A stretch of DNA of 63,112 bases, the filler included, from Perkinsus chesapeaki ATCC PRA-425 (Eukaryota > Protista > Perkinsozoa), in NCBI GenBank assembly GCA_013115145.1. It is 9 parts of 9 records of this genome, joined end to end, with 100 filler letters (N's around TTAATTAATTAA, not from the genome) between each part and the next. Parts side by side here need not be neighbours in the genome. Positions count along the whole stretch, not along the records: positions 60,749 to 61,834 come from JAAPAO010002218.1; positions 61,935 to 63,112 come from JAAPAO010002125.1; 7 more parts are not named here. One strand, given 5' to 3'. Of this stretch, positions 61,407 to 63,112 are shown one piece after another; position 1 is the stretch's first letter, and each line of letters begins with the position of its first letter. The position numbers were made by a program, and so were the translations under genes. Below the pieces are notes generated by a model. It ran no database searches. It was not told the origin of the DNA and saw only the letters and a program-made list of their open reading frames with translations.

Positions 61407-61934
61407 TTCGGCGGTTATGACCCGGGTTATGAACCGGGGTAGTCTAGCGGTTATTAATCGCTAGACTACCCCGGCATGCTATGTCCATTAGGAATGTTTA
61501 AGGACGCGCATCGTCTCACTATAATTCCACGTAGACGTGCATTGAGCTGATTAAGTATTGCATCACTCAAGCCAGTCCCGATCTTATTCCGTTTGCGAGT
61601 GTGCAAGAAGTCTATCATCAGATCTTGCAAAGTTCTTCGAATAAAGTACTTATACCCACACGACGCCAAGTGTGAATGATACACTCTAGTTTCATCGCCT
61701 GCATGACTGAGATATTTTTTCAGCTTTTGACCAACTAGAAGACCCCGTTGCCTCCATAACATCTCGAATGATATAGCAACGTACTTTTAGTGCGAGTCAA
61801 ACAGGCATCGTTGTTAACGCGTTATCAATGTTACNNNNNNNNNNNNNNNNNNNNNNNNNNNNNNNNNNNNNNNNNNNNTTAATTAATTAANNNNNNNNNN
61901 NNNNNNNNNNNNNNNNNNNNNNNNNNNNNNNNNN

Positions 61935-63112
61935 ATTATTAATTTATTGTATATTTATATATCTATTAGCACTGCATTTATATATTATTATAGCACTGGA
62001 TAAATACCATTAATAAGGTATTTATATTATATTATAACTATTATATATATTATACTTTATATTATTATTAGTACAGGCATTTAATAAATATTTATAACTT
62101 GTAATATTATGTAATAATATTAGCTATTCTCTAGTCATATGTTTAATATATAAATCTTGTACCAGCACTATTATTATTTATTAGTATATATCCCTAGGTG
62201 TTATTAATATATATATGTATTTAAATATAAGATAATATATAATATAGGTAGTTAATAATAATTAAATGAATATATAATATAAGATATTAATATAAAATAT
62301 TATATAATTTATAAGGTTATCTTTATATTTATTAATGGTCTATATTATTATTTATATCTAGATATATATATTTTATAGTTATAATTATTATTTATTAGTT
62401 TATATCATTATTGGCATATATTATTAATTTCATCTCAATAGATATATTACTTTATTTTATCTCAACAGATTTATAAAGGTATAAGATCTCATTCCTTGTA
62501 TTTATTAATTATATGTATATTTATACTTTATATCTATTTCTATATGAATATTAATATATAATAAGAGGGTCATAATATCAATAATAAATATCTAATTTAG
62601 GGATTATATTATTTTTATAGGTATTTTATCATATATTTATATCTCTATAGATTATTAAATATTATAAATAGATCTATATATTAATACATTATATTAAAGA
62701 TATTATATAAAATACATAAGTTTATCTCATTAGATTAAAGACCTAATATTTATAGTTATAATTGGATTTATAGAATAATATTATATATGCACATCATTGG
62801 AAGGATATATATATATTTAAATTTATATAATAATACAATATTTATTAATAATATTACCAATAGCATTAACACAAGATATCATATCTTTATTATAAATCTA
62901 ATATTAAATTAATATATAAATAAACCTGCTGTATTACTATTATATTATCATTACTATATAAATAAGTGTATATTAATCTATTATATAATTAATTATAACT
63001 AGATATTAGATATAGTATTTATATTCATATATTATGTAGTAATATATTCAATTATTTATATCTAATTGGTTAAAAAACTATCGTTATATTCATATTTTAT
63101 CTATATGCCCTG
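61935..63112. other. Extremely AT-rich contig (roughly 10-15% GC on sampled lines), no long ORF
   Basis: Base counts on several lines gave 5-10 G+C per 60. Frequent TAA stops in all frames tested. Confidence 0.8.

Noticed and set aside
61935-63112. Frameshifted mitochondrial cox1/cob/cox3 gene
   Set aside because: Frames following the AGGY motifs tested on both strands hit TAA quickly, and no conserved cox or cob motif was recognised.

Overview
Eukaryotic, gene-dense scaffold with many short GT-AG introns, most consistent with a Perkinsus-like alveolate. This is inferred from intron size, an alveolate-type GSxFKIDASYL cyclase motif and intronless secreted-protein paralogues, and is not proven. 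Eight 100-bp N gaps carry an artificial TTAATTAATTAA linker, so adjacency across gaps is unverified. Recognisable genes: two tandem intronless PHO84/PHT1-type phosphate transporters, a single-domain voltage-gated cation channel with EF-hands, an ankyrin protein, HslU (partial), an intron-containing MULE DDE transposase with AT-rich repeat arrays, a TEY MAP kinase, two paralogous intronless secreted beta-rich proteins, a NEK kinase, VID27 with a nested antisense AT-hook/HTH ORF, a UbiA-family prenyltransferase, a PPR protein, a partial MFS transporter and a partial degenerate class III cyclase. RNA genes: tRNA-Thr, plus a 1512-bp tandem unit with tRNA-Glu, tRNA-iMet and tRNA-Gly around an unassigned, structured ~200-nt element. 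That element is the best candidate for an undescribed system. Other leads are chained fold-back palindromes, orphan 3' tRNA halves and a sharply bounded AT-biased patch inside an intact CDS. Exon boundaries were read by eye and are approximate unless stated.
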